Positions 1-35,900 of a DNA stretch of 64,000 bases are shown one piece after another. Position 1 is the stretch's first letter. Every line of letters starts with the position of its first letter. The DNA comes from Tubiluchus corallicola (taxonomy: Eukaryota; Animalia; Priapulida), in the NCBI GenBank assembly GCA_030141605.1, contig JAQGDQ010002387.1, positions 62,001 to 126,000 on the forward strand, given 5' to 3'. The notes beneath the pieces are model-generated. The model made no database searches. It saw nothing but the letters and a program-made list of their open reading frames with translations, and had not been told where the DNA came from. Position numbers and translations under genes: made by a program.

Positions 1-118
1 ATAAGTTACATTAAGCAGCTTAGAATACTTAGAGCTAAGAAGTTTAAACAATGTAGCAAAGAGCATTTAAATCATCAAGAAATTGCTAAAACTAATCAAT
101 AGTTTGTTTTCAGAGCCA

Positions 119-22190
<22,072 letters not shown>

Positions 22191-24359
22191 ATGGTGGATT
22201 ATGACACGCACTCTACCACTATTTAGGCTACTTACTTGGTTAAACCAAAGCTAGTCTGTTGATAAATGTAAACAGTTCAGTTAGTGCAATTATTGTTACT
22301 TGAAGTGCATGCTTTCTTAGCTGTGCACATTTCATTACTTTGTTGTTTATAATTTCACTGTTTTTATTGTCAATGCAACATACCTAGGTAACAACCAAAT
22401 GCACAGTTCCTATTGGCATCATACTTATGAGCATGTCCTCCAGAAATTCTTTTCTGAGCCCAAGAGGCAAGTTATCACATGTGTTTTTGCGTATACTTTC
22501 ATTTTCAGTGGTTGCTAGAAAACAAAAACTTTCTTAGAAATTGCGAGAAAGTGATATTCAACATACCGATGTATGAGCTGTCGTCATCGAACATTTGCGA
22601 TTTGTTGGGACTATCTCACGGACTTAAAAACTCAGAAGTTCAGATAAATAAGCAAATTTAGCTCTGTTGTATGTATTGCAAACTTGTATTTGACTTATAG
22701 AACTCTGCAATGATACACTCTGATCTAGTTAACGACAACAGTGATGCACCGCCACCGAGTGTGCCATTTCAACACCGCTAAAAGAGACTTCTTTACTCAT
22801 GACAATATGCATCGAAAGCTAAAATTTTGATCAAGTAAATCCAAACAAGTCCATGATTCTTCATAGCCAAATTTTGCCATATAAATTAGAAACAGCTTTA
22901 GTCTGTGATATTAGTTTACCTGCAACTTGACCTAAATAGCCTGTAAATACAGGTGCAATTTACACCTGTAGCAGCTAGCATACTTATAGCATTTATGTTT
23001 TGCGCAAGGCTATTTCATAATAAGCGTTTAAATGATAGAACATTCCACTTCACTATTATAAATCTAACAAACAACTCTTTGAAAGGGGAACAATTTGTTC
23101 AAAAGTTTTTACCCACATTTATTATAATTTTTATGGCTTGCTTAATAACTTAACTGTTTATTCTTAGTGTTGTGCATAAACAGTCTAATTCTATACTATT
23201 AAAAAACAATTTGTTTATTCCTTGTGATTAACCCTTGCCCAATGGTCTTGTGTGTGTCCTATATCTCCAAAATTTGAAGTTTAATGTTCCATACACAAAT
23301 GTAAATTAGTTGTGAATTAGTTATTAACAGTACTGTTGTTTAAAACACTGTGCTTGTATAAAACGAGGATCACAAAGAGCACAAGCTACTCTACAATTTT
23401 CGCTGTTTCTGCGGTGTCACTATTTGGTTAGACAGGAACAAAAGAATATCACTGTGCAAGATACAAGTAACGCAATCAGATTTAACACTTATAATCCATT
23501 TGTAACTACCACATTATTTTCAGCTAAATTTCTAGCATAACACTGCTTCTCTTTCTTGCTTCTGTTGCTATTTAGACATTTTCAGGATGAATATCATCCC
23601 AATAAATTTTTTGAAATTCTTCCCTCTGCCCATAGATACCATTCATTTAATTCTCCAACCACAAGGACTAAATACTTTCTATTCTGTTGCATTTCGCACT
23701 ATCAGCAAGTGAATTTCAGTAAATATAAAATATTCTCTATATCACTGTGCATATTTTATTAGCATTTATGCGACAAGTGATTGAATTTATTTATCTGTTA
23801 ATTTTCTTTTGTTGTAGTACAAAAAACGACATAAATTTCATTATATGTACTACAATACAGTGATAATAAATCACTTACTTATACCTCACTGTCATTATTT
23901 TGTTTAGTGAATGCACAGAAAACAACATCAGACAAATGACTAAACTTTAAAACACTAGTAAGACCGAAGACTAAAGTATAAAGCTATAATATGAGCATTC
24001 TCCGCTTACAATTTCATTATTATTATTTCTACACTTATTTGCTGGTTTATTAAGGAAACAATGAGTCAGCATGAAAATTTTGTAGTAGCAGCTAACACTA
24101 ATAATAAGTGCACAGAAAACTAGCAGAGGCAAGGGTTACTCTTATCCTCAATGCTATCCTTTCAACAATGATCTTCATTATGTGCATCACTAAAACGGTA
24201 TTTGTTAGCTGTACTCTTAATACTTGGTCACATACAGTTAAGACTTAACTGTGCCCATTTGATAATGTCCAAAATGCGTATGTATAAAAGTTTTTGTGAA
24301 AATAATAAATATGTAGAAATGCATGTTTAACAATTATTTTGTTATATTTCTTTCTCTGC

Positions 24360-24362
<3 letters not shown>

Positions 24363-24392
<30 letters not shown>
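24363..24392. repeat. (TA)n microsatellite
   Basis: Directly visible. Confidence 0.9.
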
Positions 24393-24400
<8 letters not shown>

Positions 24401-26053
24401 AGTAGGTTTTCTTATGTTAGATTCTTGCTTTAGGCTTAAGCGTAAATTGTAAATGTTAGTTGGTCTTCTAACTTGTGTGTTCTTAACATAATTATTTATC
24501 CTGCATTCTGGTTCTGTGAATAATCATGCTCATGTTCTGAAGTTAAGCATTAATAACTGTTGTGTAATTTACTAAATAACGTAGTAATTATGAATGAACC
24601 TATTTTGTTTTTTGTGTATATAAGTAGCGCTAGGCAACTTGAAGCAAAAAATGCTGCTTAGTATTATGCATAATTTACATGCAAATATGTACATTTAACT
24701 CTAGAGTGCTTCGTATATGCTTACTGTACAGTCTTTTGCCATATGCTTATTGTAAAACTATTTTCTGATGTAAAGTTTATGTAACATCCATGTCTTGCTT
24801 ATATGAAAGGAAGATACTATGTGTAATTGTGGCTCGACAAATAGAATCTCACAAATAAGTCCTGTTTGTGAATTAAACAATTCCTGTAATTACAGTACCC
24901 ATTACAAAGCTGTACAAACAGCAGCAACAATGATGCAAGCTTCTGAATGTGTGAAGTACAAAAACTATCTTGCAATATTGCACATTGATCTGTCTGTCAA
25001 TTAGCATTGCCTTTGGCGTATCATTCGTATGGGTGCTAGAAGCCGCCGTTTTACCAATAATTTAAAATGCATAATTATCCTCCATTTTCATTAATTATCA
25101 TAGTAGGTCTTGTACAGCATCTGTGAAAATAAACAGTATTAATTGAAATATTTTCTTTTGAGCTTCTTTCATCATTCTGTTAATGTTTAACTTGTGATTA
25201 TATAGCAACAGGGATTATACATAAAAATTTTATAACAGTGAATCACAACTTCATTAGTAAAAATTTATTAACAGATTTATAACAACCTCTTCATTTAAAT
25301 GTTGAGATCAAATGACAATTTAACACTGGATTTGAACACAGCTTTGAATGACACCGTGATGAAATCGCGATGACCTAATCTGATCTAGTAATTTTGTAAT
25401 TCACCGGTTTGCCAAAAAAGATTGGCTCCGTACTTATAGTTCACATTTAATGTTCTACATATTATCTTGGTTGCACTGAGCATTGAGAAGTCAAAATGAC
25501 ATCATATCTAATTTCTGTACAATTACTACAACTGTTATACTGTACAAAATTAGTATATTGCATTACAGTACGGAAATATACGCTAAGCAACATGATACAA
25601 CAACAAACAGGCATTGCTCATTCTTCGGTATGTAAATTGACTCACAAATTCATGCAAACGTGGATAAAAGTGCACCCTGGTATTTTTATAATATGGATTC
25701 CACAAATTTGTGGTTTTACGTACTTAGTTTTGTGATTACATTTGCTCAATAATACATATTTCAAATGATGTCATTATACCTATTTTTTTATACTTGAAGA
25801 CATCTAGTATGTAGCACTCACAAATATGATCACATGATTGCACAGATTGACCTGTTTTTCCAAATAATTTTGTCAAAGATTGAAATAAATGTGACCATCA
25901 TCTCGCTGTTAAGAAGAACAAAATTTAATACAGAAATTCAGTCCTTCAGGTAAATTTAGTCTGCAACTTGTTTCACCAGTATTGACTTTCAATTTGAATG
26001 CATAAAACAAGTCCGATTATAAAAATAAAATCAACATTAATTAATCAATACTA

Positions 26054-26867
26054 CAGTCAAACCTCGTTATAACGCCAGGTCTGGGACACCACTAAATGTG
26101 GCCAGTCCAGTCTGTAACATCTATTTTGTTTCGTAGTTATTTTTAATATGCCATAAATAGTATAATATTATTATACTTACAACAACGCATGTGTTATACT
26201 GTACATTTTTGCTGCATTAAGAAAATTTATGCAGGTGTAGTTCTATGGCGGCACATCGCAGAACTTTTAGGTAACACAATGAAATAGCAGTCTTGTGAAA
26301 ACTGCTGTCTCCTGATAAAAGAAATATGCAGCTACACAGTCCAGCCCAAGCACGGTCCCAACGTAGCATTATTAGATAATTAGGACTACAAATAGCTGCT
26401 GCAATTGCAATGTAACTTAACCTTGAGTCAAACAGCTTTTACAGCCATTAGATTCACATCAGTTCAATACTGCAGCTTAGCTACACAACTATTGTACCTT
26501 AAAATGCACGTTCCCTGCCCAAAACCTGAGCATTCACTTTCATACAGCCACTTGCAACAAGACCTAAATCTTAAATTAAAATATCATAATTGTTTTTCTG
26601 TCCAGAGATCATTGTTTTTACAACAAAATGGCTGTTTTTTAGCAACAATTCATTGTACTTTATCTTCCCTAGCATTATAATGGGGTAAATTATTATGTAA
26701 AATAGACTTTTGGCACAGCAGATAAGTTGGCAGATGGCGGCAGGCGAGATTGGCGGTATTCCCTATATTTAATATATGATGGAAATCGGGACAGGGCAAT
26801 AGTTGGCATTATTGGCATTATGCCGAGGCTGGCGTTACAACGGGCGGGGTATAACAAGGTTCGACTA
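26054..26867. mobile_element. Tc1/mariner-superfamily (pogo/Tigger-like) non-autonomous element, about 0.8 kb
   Basis: Left end ta|cagtcaaacctcgttataac; right end reverse-complemented ta|tagtcgaaccttgttatac. Imperfect TIRs flanked by TA. Confidence 0.65.
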
Positions 26868-26918
26868 TAATTACATTGTGACTTCATAAAATTTTTCTGA
26901 AGTTGCTTCTCCATTGCA

Positions 26919-29900
26919 TTAACAAGAATCTTTGCCAGCACAACAACTTTTCTTCTGACCACCACCAGTACCCGTTCCGCAGCACGTTTGTGTAGTGGCA
27001 CCACTTCCACTACCCATCTTCAGACCTTCACAGGTCTTTGCAGCTCCGCAAGCTTCCAAACCTTTGTCTCCACAGGTAAGTTTTAGACTTGTAACATTTT
27101 CTGTGCTGACTGCATAGTCAAGTGGGTCAACCACCTCAATCTGTAATACAAAAGGAAAAAAAAACGAAAATTTCAAAAAAGCTGCCATATATACACTTTA
27201 ATCTTGCTGTGACTTTTACTGAAAACCAGAGCAATAATTTAATAATGCTTGCTTTTTTCCATGAGAGCCCCGCTTCAAAGTTGCTTTTTCATATTCCGAG
27301 TTTTGTTTGTTCTTTGTAAAAAAGTTCAATTATTTGCCTTTTGTCATTTACAGCTATAGCTTGTTTTTACTGATTCTGCTCATGAAAAAGTTCAGCATAC
27401 CAGTATGGCCTACAACCAACATTCAAGATTCAAGACTCTCGAACATAGTAATATAATGTATAAGTTTTGTAATTTTGGTAGTAGAACTTATAATACTGGT
27501 GAAAATAGTGCAGATAACAACCATTCTGCTCTAAAAAGCCAGGGTTTGGACAGCACATGGGGGAAATAAGATTTCTAACCTAATGTACAATGGCAAATTA
27601 GTACACATTAACACAAACCTCACTGATCCTGAATTCTTGTATTTATGCTCATTACTACTGCAGTAAAAAGTCAGGACTTTGTCTCGTTTGTTTGTTTAAT
27701 TACCGTTTTCATATCAGAAGAGCTAGATGCAGGATGGAACTCGAACTTGTCTCTGAGACGACTAGACTGCAGAATAGCAGCAATTTCAGCATCAACCGTC
27801 ACAGGAATGTCTTTCTGTAAAAAACAACAACAACAATTTTACATGTAAGAGCAAAGCCTAGAAAAATAATATTACGTTTTTATTTTTTTATCACAACAGG
27901 ACTGAATGAATTCAGTTCCGAATCTGCAAGCATGATGCCATGAGCACGTTTATCTTAAGTGTGTATTGGTACTTGTAATACAACACGTTATTGTAATTTT
28001 TTTTGAACATTTGTATTTCTGTCAATTTGATTTTGGCATGTGTTGTGTTATGTGGAATAAATGAATCTTGAATTTATCACTTGACAGACTGATTGAGCTC
28101 CTACCCCAAGTGTTTACCCTGCCAGTTTCATGACTATGTGTACTATAGCTTTCAAGATATTGAATGTTAGGAGCTGATGAACATTAATAAAAACAAAAAC
28201 AAATGGGTTCTCTTAGATCTGCTCTGAATGCAGATAATAATTTGTACCACTTTAGAATTCGGTTGGTTTACCTTGAATGTAATGTTGCAGTCCAAACGGA
28301 ACGAATCAGGGAAGCCAGTGATTCCACCTTTGTAAACAGCATTGCAGGCTTCTTTCTTGTCTGCCGGTAACTTATACAGTCTGTATGTTGTGGAACTAAA
28401 TCTGGCATCACCTATAAACAAGTATACATTTAAAAACACGCTTTCTTGTTTTTCATTCACAACAACAGTTTGAAATGTAGCTGCAACAAAAAGAAACAGT
28501 GCAACAACTAGAGTAGTACTGTTAGTCACAAGTACAAGTACAAAAGTATCATCAAATATGTGGATATTATTTTAAGCTTACAAGCTTTAGCAATCTGGTG
28601 ATGCATAGTGTTAAGAAGTATTTTTGCTGGATGTTGTAGAAAAGTAGACTTTGTCATTAAAAACCGGAATCTGCAATAGTTACACCACCACCACCTGTAT
28701 ACCATTTCTTCTTCCTGAAGCCTCTTTATCAGTGGTTACTGTGGCCAAACGTTTTATTCTTTGTCTCTTTGACAATAATATAAATATTGTTATACAAAAA
28801 ATCTAGACTTTTCGATTACGTTTAACGTTATCAAAATTTTCAGACAATATGTATGTAGGTATTTGCACCAAAAGTTACAAGGCTAATGTATGACACTTGC
28901 ACTTAGTATTCACTGAGTTGCTAGAGGACATAAAAACAGCCACCAATTGAATAAGCCGATCAAGCCTATCTCAAATTAACGTTCGTGTAAGTTTTATCGA
29001 GTATAAGGATATCTAGAAGCATGAACATGACAACATGGATTCTGTACGGTCAGACCTATGACAAAAAGAATTGGGCTTACACCTAGACTTAGACAGATAC
29101 ATGCATTTCATCGAGACAATAGGTTGATGAATTTGTAAATTTGTTGCCTAAGCAAGCCATGCGATGCATTGTACATTTGGGAAGTAAGATGAAATGCACT
29201 GTAATAAATGAAGCTCAAGAGCAAAAGTTAAAAGTTGGTAAACATGAAACAACGAGCATTATCTATCAATAAGAAATCATGAAAAGTATATGACTGTTTC
29301 TTTCTACATTTAATGTACGAACTACATGCACCAGACAAGGTTTGAAAGTTATGTGAGCTTACTGACTAGATTTATAGTGCAAAGAATTCAACACTTCTTA
29401 AATACATTCATACCTACAATTGCTTTGAGCTTATCATCAAAAATAGAATAATAGTGTGACGTCACTAACATTGGACGACTGAAGCCCACGGAAGATGCAA
29501 TAGAATGCAAATCTTGCCACTTGAGGGCACCACCTATACACTCACCTGCACAATATATAATAAACACGTATGTTACGTAACAACCGTAGTACAATTTCTC
29601 TGTCAATGTTAATTACCAAATTACCAACACTGCAAAAAATGATAATATTACTATTAACAATAATATTATGTGTTACGTTATTGTTAATAACTATTGTCAG
29701 CACATTTAACAAAGTTTTTGGCTACATAATAAAAACAAAGTTGCTGGCTACTAATTTTAAAAATAACTCTGTGGTGTTATTCAGAATTACTGCCACTAGA
29801 TGGCTTTTGTTATAAGAAAAAAATTGCACTTATTGCCTATCTGTAAGGCAAAACAAAATGCAACACATTCTTTGTTTAAAGCTAATCAGTAATTAGTTTA

Positions 29901-32900
29901 TTTTGTATAAACATATACAAAGCCAGTAGAACATACACGTTATACACACTGTCCTATTAAATGCTAAAGTAGAATGCCTTAGAGTGCCCATCGGCTTGCA
30001 CATTTAAAGAATGACCAAGCCTCTGGGAAGTTAGGCTTATTTCAATGTTCACAAAAATGTTAGGATTTAGTAATAAAAGTGAGAAAATCGCCTCATGTAA
30101 TTAGTAAAATAAAAAAAGTAGTAATTATTTCACGTTTGAATACTTTCATTTTGAATGCCTTTTCTTCCATCAATGATGTCGTTTATCAACTCAAGAATGG
30201 CAGCACACTGTTAATTTCTGTCCAAAGTATAATAGGTTTTTACAAAAAAATTTGATAGCTAATTTTGTGATATTTTTGCATTGAACATTAGTTAAACTGC
30301 AGAAGTCTGGAAATTCGTTAAGCAGTGCGTACTTACAGAGCCACAATACGCTTATGACAGGGGTGTCCAAACTGCGGCCCGCGAAGAGGTTTGTCAACGT
30401 AATTAAAGTGCGGCCCACGCGATCCAGCTGAAGTCCGCGCCAATATCACAAAGATAGTACGGGTAGTTTTTTCCTCTAGATCGGATGGCATTAACCCTTA
30501 CAAGACCGTTGTCACTTAATGTCACTGTCGGACATGACGAAATTTAACGTTGCTCACTTAGAACACAAAAACGTGACATAATCACAGAACACAGCAAACT
30601 ATCACAGAAGCCGCCATTCAAACACTCAAATGTGCAAGAAATGCGAGAAGCAATCTGATTGGCTGGTAGGAAGACCAATTAGCCAATCTCTAGGCTTCTA
30701 TTATCGGGCATGTTGATCTGTCCAGTCGTCTTCTTGGTCATAGCAGGTACAGATCATTTTGACTTGGTTATTTTACGAAATAAATTATAAATAAAATTAT
30801 AAAATAACCAAGACAAAATGATCTACCTACTATGACCAAGAAGACGACTGGGCAGACCAATTTGCGAGTAGCCAGCAACCTGAAAAAGTGTGGTCACCCC
30901 TGTTATAGCGGGATTCCCAGATTTTAGTTTCAGCTGAGGCTCAGTAGTACACGCCTCAATCAGTGGCTATTTCATCGTTTCATCAGATGTAGTATTCTTA
31001 TAGATCAGAATCGTGGATAATAAAAAGAGGAAGATTGAAGAACAGCGAGTCAAGACAGATTAGTATGTACTGTACTACACGGACTGTGTGATACACATTA
31101 CTAATATGCATTGTAATGAAATTACCACTATCTGTCATGAAAGTAGAAATATATGGTTTTTAATATAAATTTTAATAGCTTCTAAAATAGTTTCTTGAGT
31201 GTAGTAGTGCAGTAGTAATGATGTGCGCAAATCAGATGCAAAAAAAATCGTTATTAGGTCCTACTGTACTTGGTTCCTTGTCCAAACTGCATGTGGCCCA
31301 CAGTAATTGCGGGAATGTTTAATGTGGCCCAGCTAGTCAGATAATTTGCACACCCCTGGCTTACGAAAAGTCATGAAGTCCACCAGGTGTGTCATAGTTT
31401 TCAAGTGAATGGTGACTACCACAGTGCCTGAAATTGTCTATGCAGAGGTAGTATAAATTAACTTTATGCTTTATAGACAGTTTTTTGCAAATTTCTTTGT
31501 TATATTTTCTTCTAAGTTTAAGTTATAAACCCAACATGCTAAGTAACTTGTCCTTTCCTTTAAAAAAACTAAAAAGAAGCTTTCTCTGTGCTTACCCCAT
31601 AGTACTTTATGCTGCCTGACACTATCTGGCAATTCTCTGTCAGCATACACATCACTGAAGTATAATTCCCCACCTTCCTGCATTAGAACATAAAATTTTA
31701 TTTAAAATTTATTTATTTTAAAACAATGTAACCATTTGGCATTGTCTGAGATGTAAAATAATTAATATAGTTTAGGTAACTCTATGTTACCAGCATATTT
31801 TTGTACAACAGTGAAACACGGGGTTTAACGATTTCTCAAGAAAAGCAGATTGACAAGTTTCATAGAACTCGTCTAAGGAAAGTTTTAAAGATAAGATGGT
31901 CATATGTAATAAAAAATGAAGATTTATATAGTAGAACGAAAGAAATTCCTTGGAGTTCAAAAGGCTAGGAGACCATCTCAGATTACCAAGTGAAACACCA
32001 GCAACAATTGCCTTAAGACATAAAACCTTGCAAAAAAAACCCTGGCAAACCAAAAACAATTTGGATAGCTAAGATAAGTAAAGATGATCAACAACTTCAA
32101 TCAAATCTAGTTTATGAAGGAGAAGAGCTTATATTGTTAGCAGCACATAGGAGTTGGTGGAATGCTCTAATAAACAATAATGCCTCAATGTCTACAACAG
32201 ATGAAATGAGATGTTGAAAAAGAAGGTAACTCTGCTTAGCAACACATTCTAATATTACTTTCTTATTACACAATGACATAATTTACCTAGAGTTTAAAAT
32301 TCCAGACATACAAGAAATTAGCTTGTGAAGCAGATTATGATTAGGATCAGGATTAGGGTTAGGGTTGGGTTATGTTTAGGATTAGGGTTTAGGGTATTTA
32401 AATTGTGTGGGGAATTGTGACTCCTTCCTATAATTGCTCTGGAAAATTGTTATGATCACCATACACTTTGAAAAAATAAAAAAATGTTGGGAAAAATTCT
32501 TAATACAGCAGTAGTAAGTAAAACAGAAAATTATCAAAATGAAACCTACTACTGAGAGTAAAAGTTTACCTTCAGCACTTTATAACACTCCCTGAGCACG
32601 GCGGGCTTGTCCGGAGAAAGATTCACAACACAGTTAGAACTAAAACATACAAACGTATATGAATGTATATTAACTAAAATAACGGCAATTATAAAACACA
32701 TAGTAAGTAAACCAGTAAAAAGAGCACTAATAATCTTACAGTGTAATAGATACAAAGCATGAATTGAGTACTTCTCATAATATGCTTTTTAGCAATTTGC
32801 GATTCAGATTTTTGTTGAGATGTTTGTTGTTTTTATGACTCTGGTTACTTCCATAAAATTTATTAAATGGGGAATATCACCAAAATTAAATTGAGCTTGA

Positions 32901-35900
32901 ATAACTCGCAATTATATTGTGAATAGAAATATGTACCTCATTCTTCACGAAAATTTCGTGTTTAAGAATCGTTGGCAAAAGTTCGGATAAAATTGTACAG
33001 AAAATGAATATTTGACTAGGCCGCCATTGAGCATGTACCTGCGCCTGCGCCTCTATGGCGAAATTGCCGTACTACAGATGAAACTTGGCAAAATGCCCAA
33101 GGGGAGAAAGATTGTACGCAACTCTTGTCTGAGTATTTGTTTACATAGACAAACAGTGTTCGGCATACAGTACTTTACGTAGTTTATACCTAGTGACGGT
33201 ATCACGGTAAAGATTAGGTTATTGTGAATTGAATGCGCGATTTGCTAAGTTTTGGTCTTGATTGTTCTTATTGAAAAATGGTCGGTGGAATGTATTACAC
33301 TAGGATTCAGCAATTAGATGGGATGCAGCAGTCAGACGGAAAATATCGAAATACGAAGCCAAAATATAATAACATTTAGTTTCCAATGAGCAACAGAAAA
33401 TTATTGAAGCAATGAAAGTACAATCTAAAAACCTGGAATCACTCCTACAACCTGTGTGATAATTTCTCGGCTGTTTGCTTTGAAACGTGAGTTTAGAACA
33501 TGATGAATCTAGTGTTAATAATATTGTGCTTACACTTCAGAGAGATTCAGTCAGATGCAGTTTTTTGTTTCATTTTAAGCCCAAGTGCATAGCTTATCGA
33601 TGCAGTTTAGTCATCTCGAGATTTGTATCCATTTCAATAAAAATATCACAATTACATTATGTAATGCAATGAATAATTATTTTGTCATTGAACCACGTTA
33701 TATCGTTGGTTTTTTATATTGTAAAAGTGGATAATAGTTATATTAATAACGAATGTATTATTATCATTAGTTTTTATTTCAGTCCAACTGACCACGAGAA
33801 TTTTATCTAATCCTAATATTGTAATAATACTGCTGTGAAAAAATAAACACAATATGATGTTATCATGTAAAAACAGAAGCTAATGAACAACGGTTAAACT
33901 TCAGGTTGGTATTAAAAGTCTTACTGATTTAAATAACTAATGAACAACGGTTAAAGTTCTGCTTGGTATTAAAAGTCTTACTGATTTATATAACTGAAAC
34001 ACGACAAAGTTAAAAATGTTCATATATGTTTAATCAATAAGTCTACAGCTAATATGTTATCGTCTCTGTGTCAGCGGGGTTCACATATTTTTTTTGTCAA
34101 GGCTGATAAAATGAAGCTGTCACTAAAAATTGTCAGACTAGCATTATAGTTATGCTTCAGTAAGTTTCTCTGTGTTTACAAATTCATTAATTCTTCTAGC
34201 AGAATGAAGTTACTATGTCGGACTTGTTTTACAAGAAAAGAACTTTTGTTACCAAGGCCCACACTTTTGCAGCTTGTATTGCTGACGATGCTTTCAATTA
34301 ATGCCAGGAGAATTTTCACAATATGCTGTAGGCCTAGTTTTGCGCAATGATTGTTTACACTCTATTAGAATATACTATAATGGATCTGTAACTTTCGACG
34401 GTAGTAAAATATCGCTTTTGATGAAAACATGTTAACGAGTGCAACGACAATCATTTCTGTCAGCTGACTACCTATCCGAACCAAGGCCAGATGCTGTAAT
34501 GTAGTAATAACAGCTTTATTTTTAGCCCAGTTGTGTACGATAGTATCACAACAGGCTGCGTGTACACTCTTTACGCATCAGCCCGAGCTGGGCTAGTTCA
34601 ATTTTTTCACCGTGAGAGGCGTAAGTGCAGCTCCATGGCGTTTCCCGTGAGATACAAAAAAGTTAATTACTCATTAATTAGACAACATACTGCTAAAAAT
34701 TTTTCGCCAAGTTGTTCCCGCGGAAGGCAACTATAAAATAAGTTTAACTTGATTTTCATGATATTCCCCCTTTAACAAACATTGCTAAAATAGAATACTG
34801 TAGAGTCCAATGCTTCTGAAAGCATTATTCATTACCTATTTACGATAAATTTTTAAGAAATAGCTATTCTTCAAAACCTGAAATGGAAGCATTTTTTTTT
34901 GTTTAATGGCTGTGGCAAAATGCAATGCTTAAATTAGAATTAGAATGGCCCTAGAAAGTTTTACATTTACAGGCAGTAAATTAGTTCCATATGCTGTACT
35001 TGTAATTAATGAAGAAGAGTAAATGGTCACGATTTGTGTATGATCGTCTACCAAAAACCGTATTTCCTTCAATACCTATGTATGGCTCACTACGCTAAAA
35101 TTAACTCATGTCTCTGTAACCTGTTAATACAGTTTTTTACTGTTTTGGTCAAAGATTGTAAAATGGATATATTTAAACTATCTCTTGGAGGCAAAGAAGC
35201 GCTTCAAGTGCAGAGAAATTATACAAATGTTGTATCTGTATACCAAGACATCAGACATACAGATCTCAAACAAAGAAAATCACCATATCGGCGCTACAGT
35301 TAGGAAAGAACAACAGATGTCAAAAAATATAAGGATGAAGCTATGCTAGAGGTTTGTCAAAAACATAACACTTAGCTAACTGCTAAGAACAAAGGTTGTA
35401 CTCTTGAATACTAAATAACAGTGGTCATGTATCAAAAGCAAAATTTTATTACAGATAAGTTTTTAATTACTCTCTTGTAAAGTAGCCTATAAAGAGGTCT
35501 GTTTTGCGATGAAGTTTTTGTGTTTCATTTCAGAATAATAGAAAGGCTAATTAAAAAACTGATATGATTACACGTTCTTTAACATTGCCAATTATGAAGT
35601 AGTAAACATACATGATAATATCAATGCTGTTTTCCTGAATGCCAGCATTGGTCAGCTGTTCTATGTAACCATGCACAAACTGTGTATTTGGTTTTGCATA
35701 TCCAAACTTCTCAGCATGATATTTCTCATACTGTCTAGCTATCTCCAACTGTAAAATAAAGAAAAGGAGATGAAAACTGATTGAGTTCTTTAATATCTGC
35801 TCACCTGCCTTCCTTGTGATTAGCCTTTCAACAAATACAATTAATCAACTGGGACCGTACATGCAAAAAGTAATAAAATAAGCTGATTTACAAAACAGCC

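Noticed and set aside
32341-32395. Interstitial telomere or chromosome fusion scar
   Set aside because: Only about 55 bp, degenerate, single orientation; better explained as a simple repeat.
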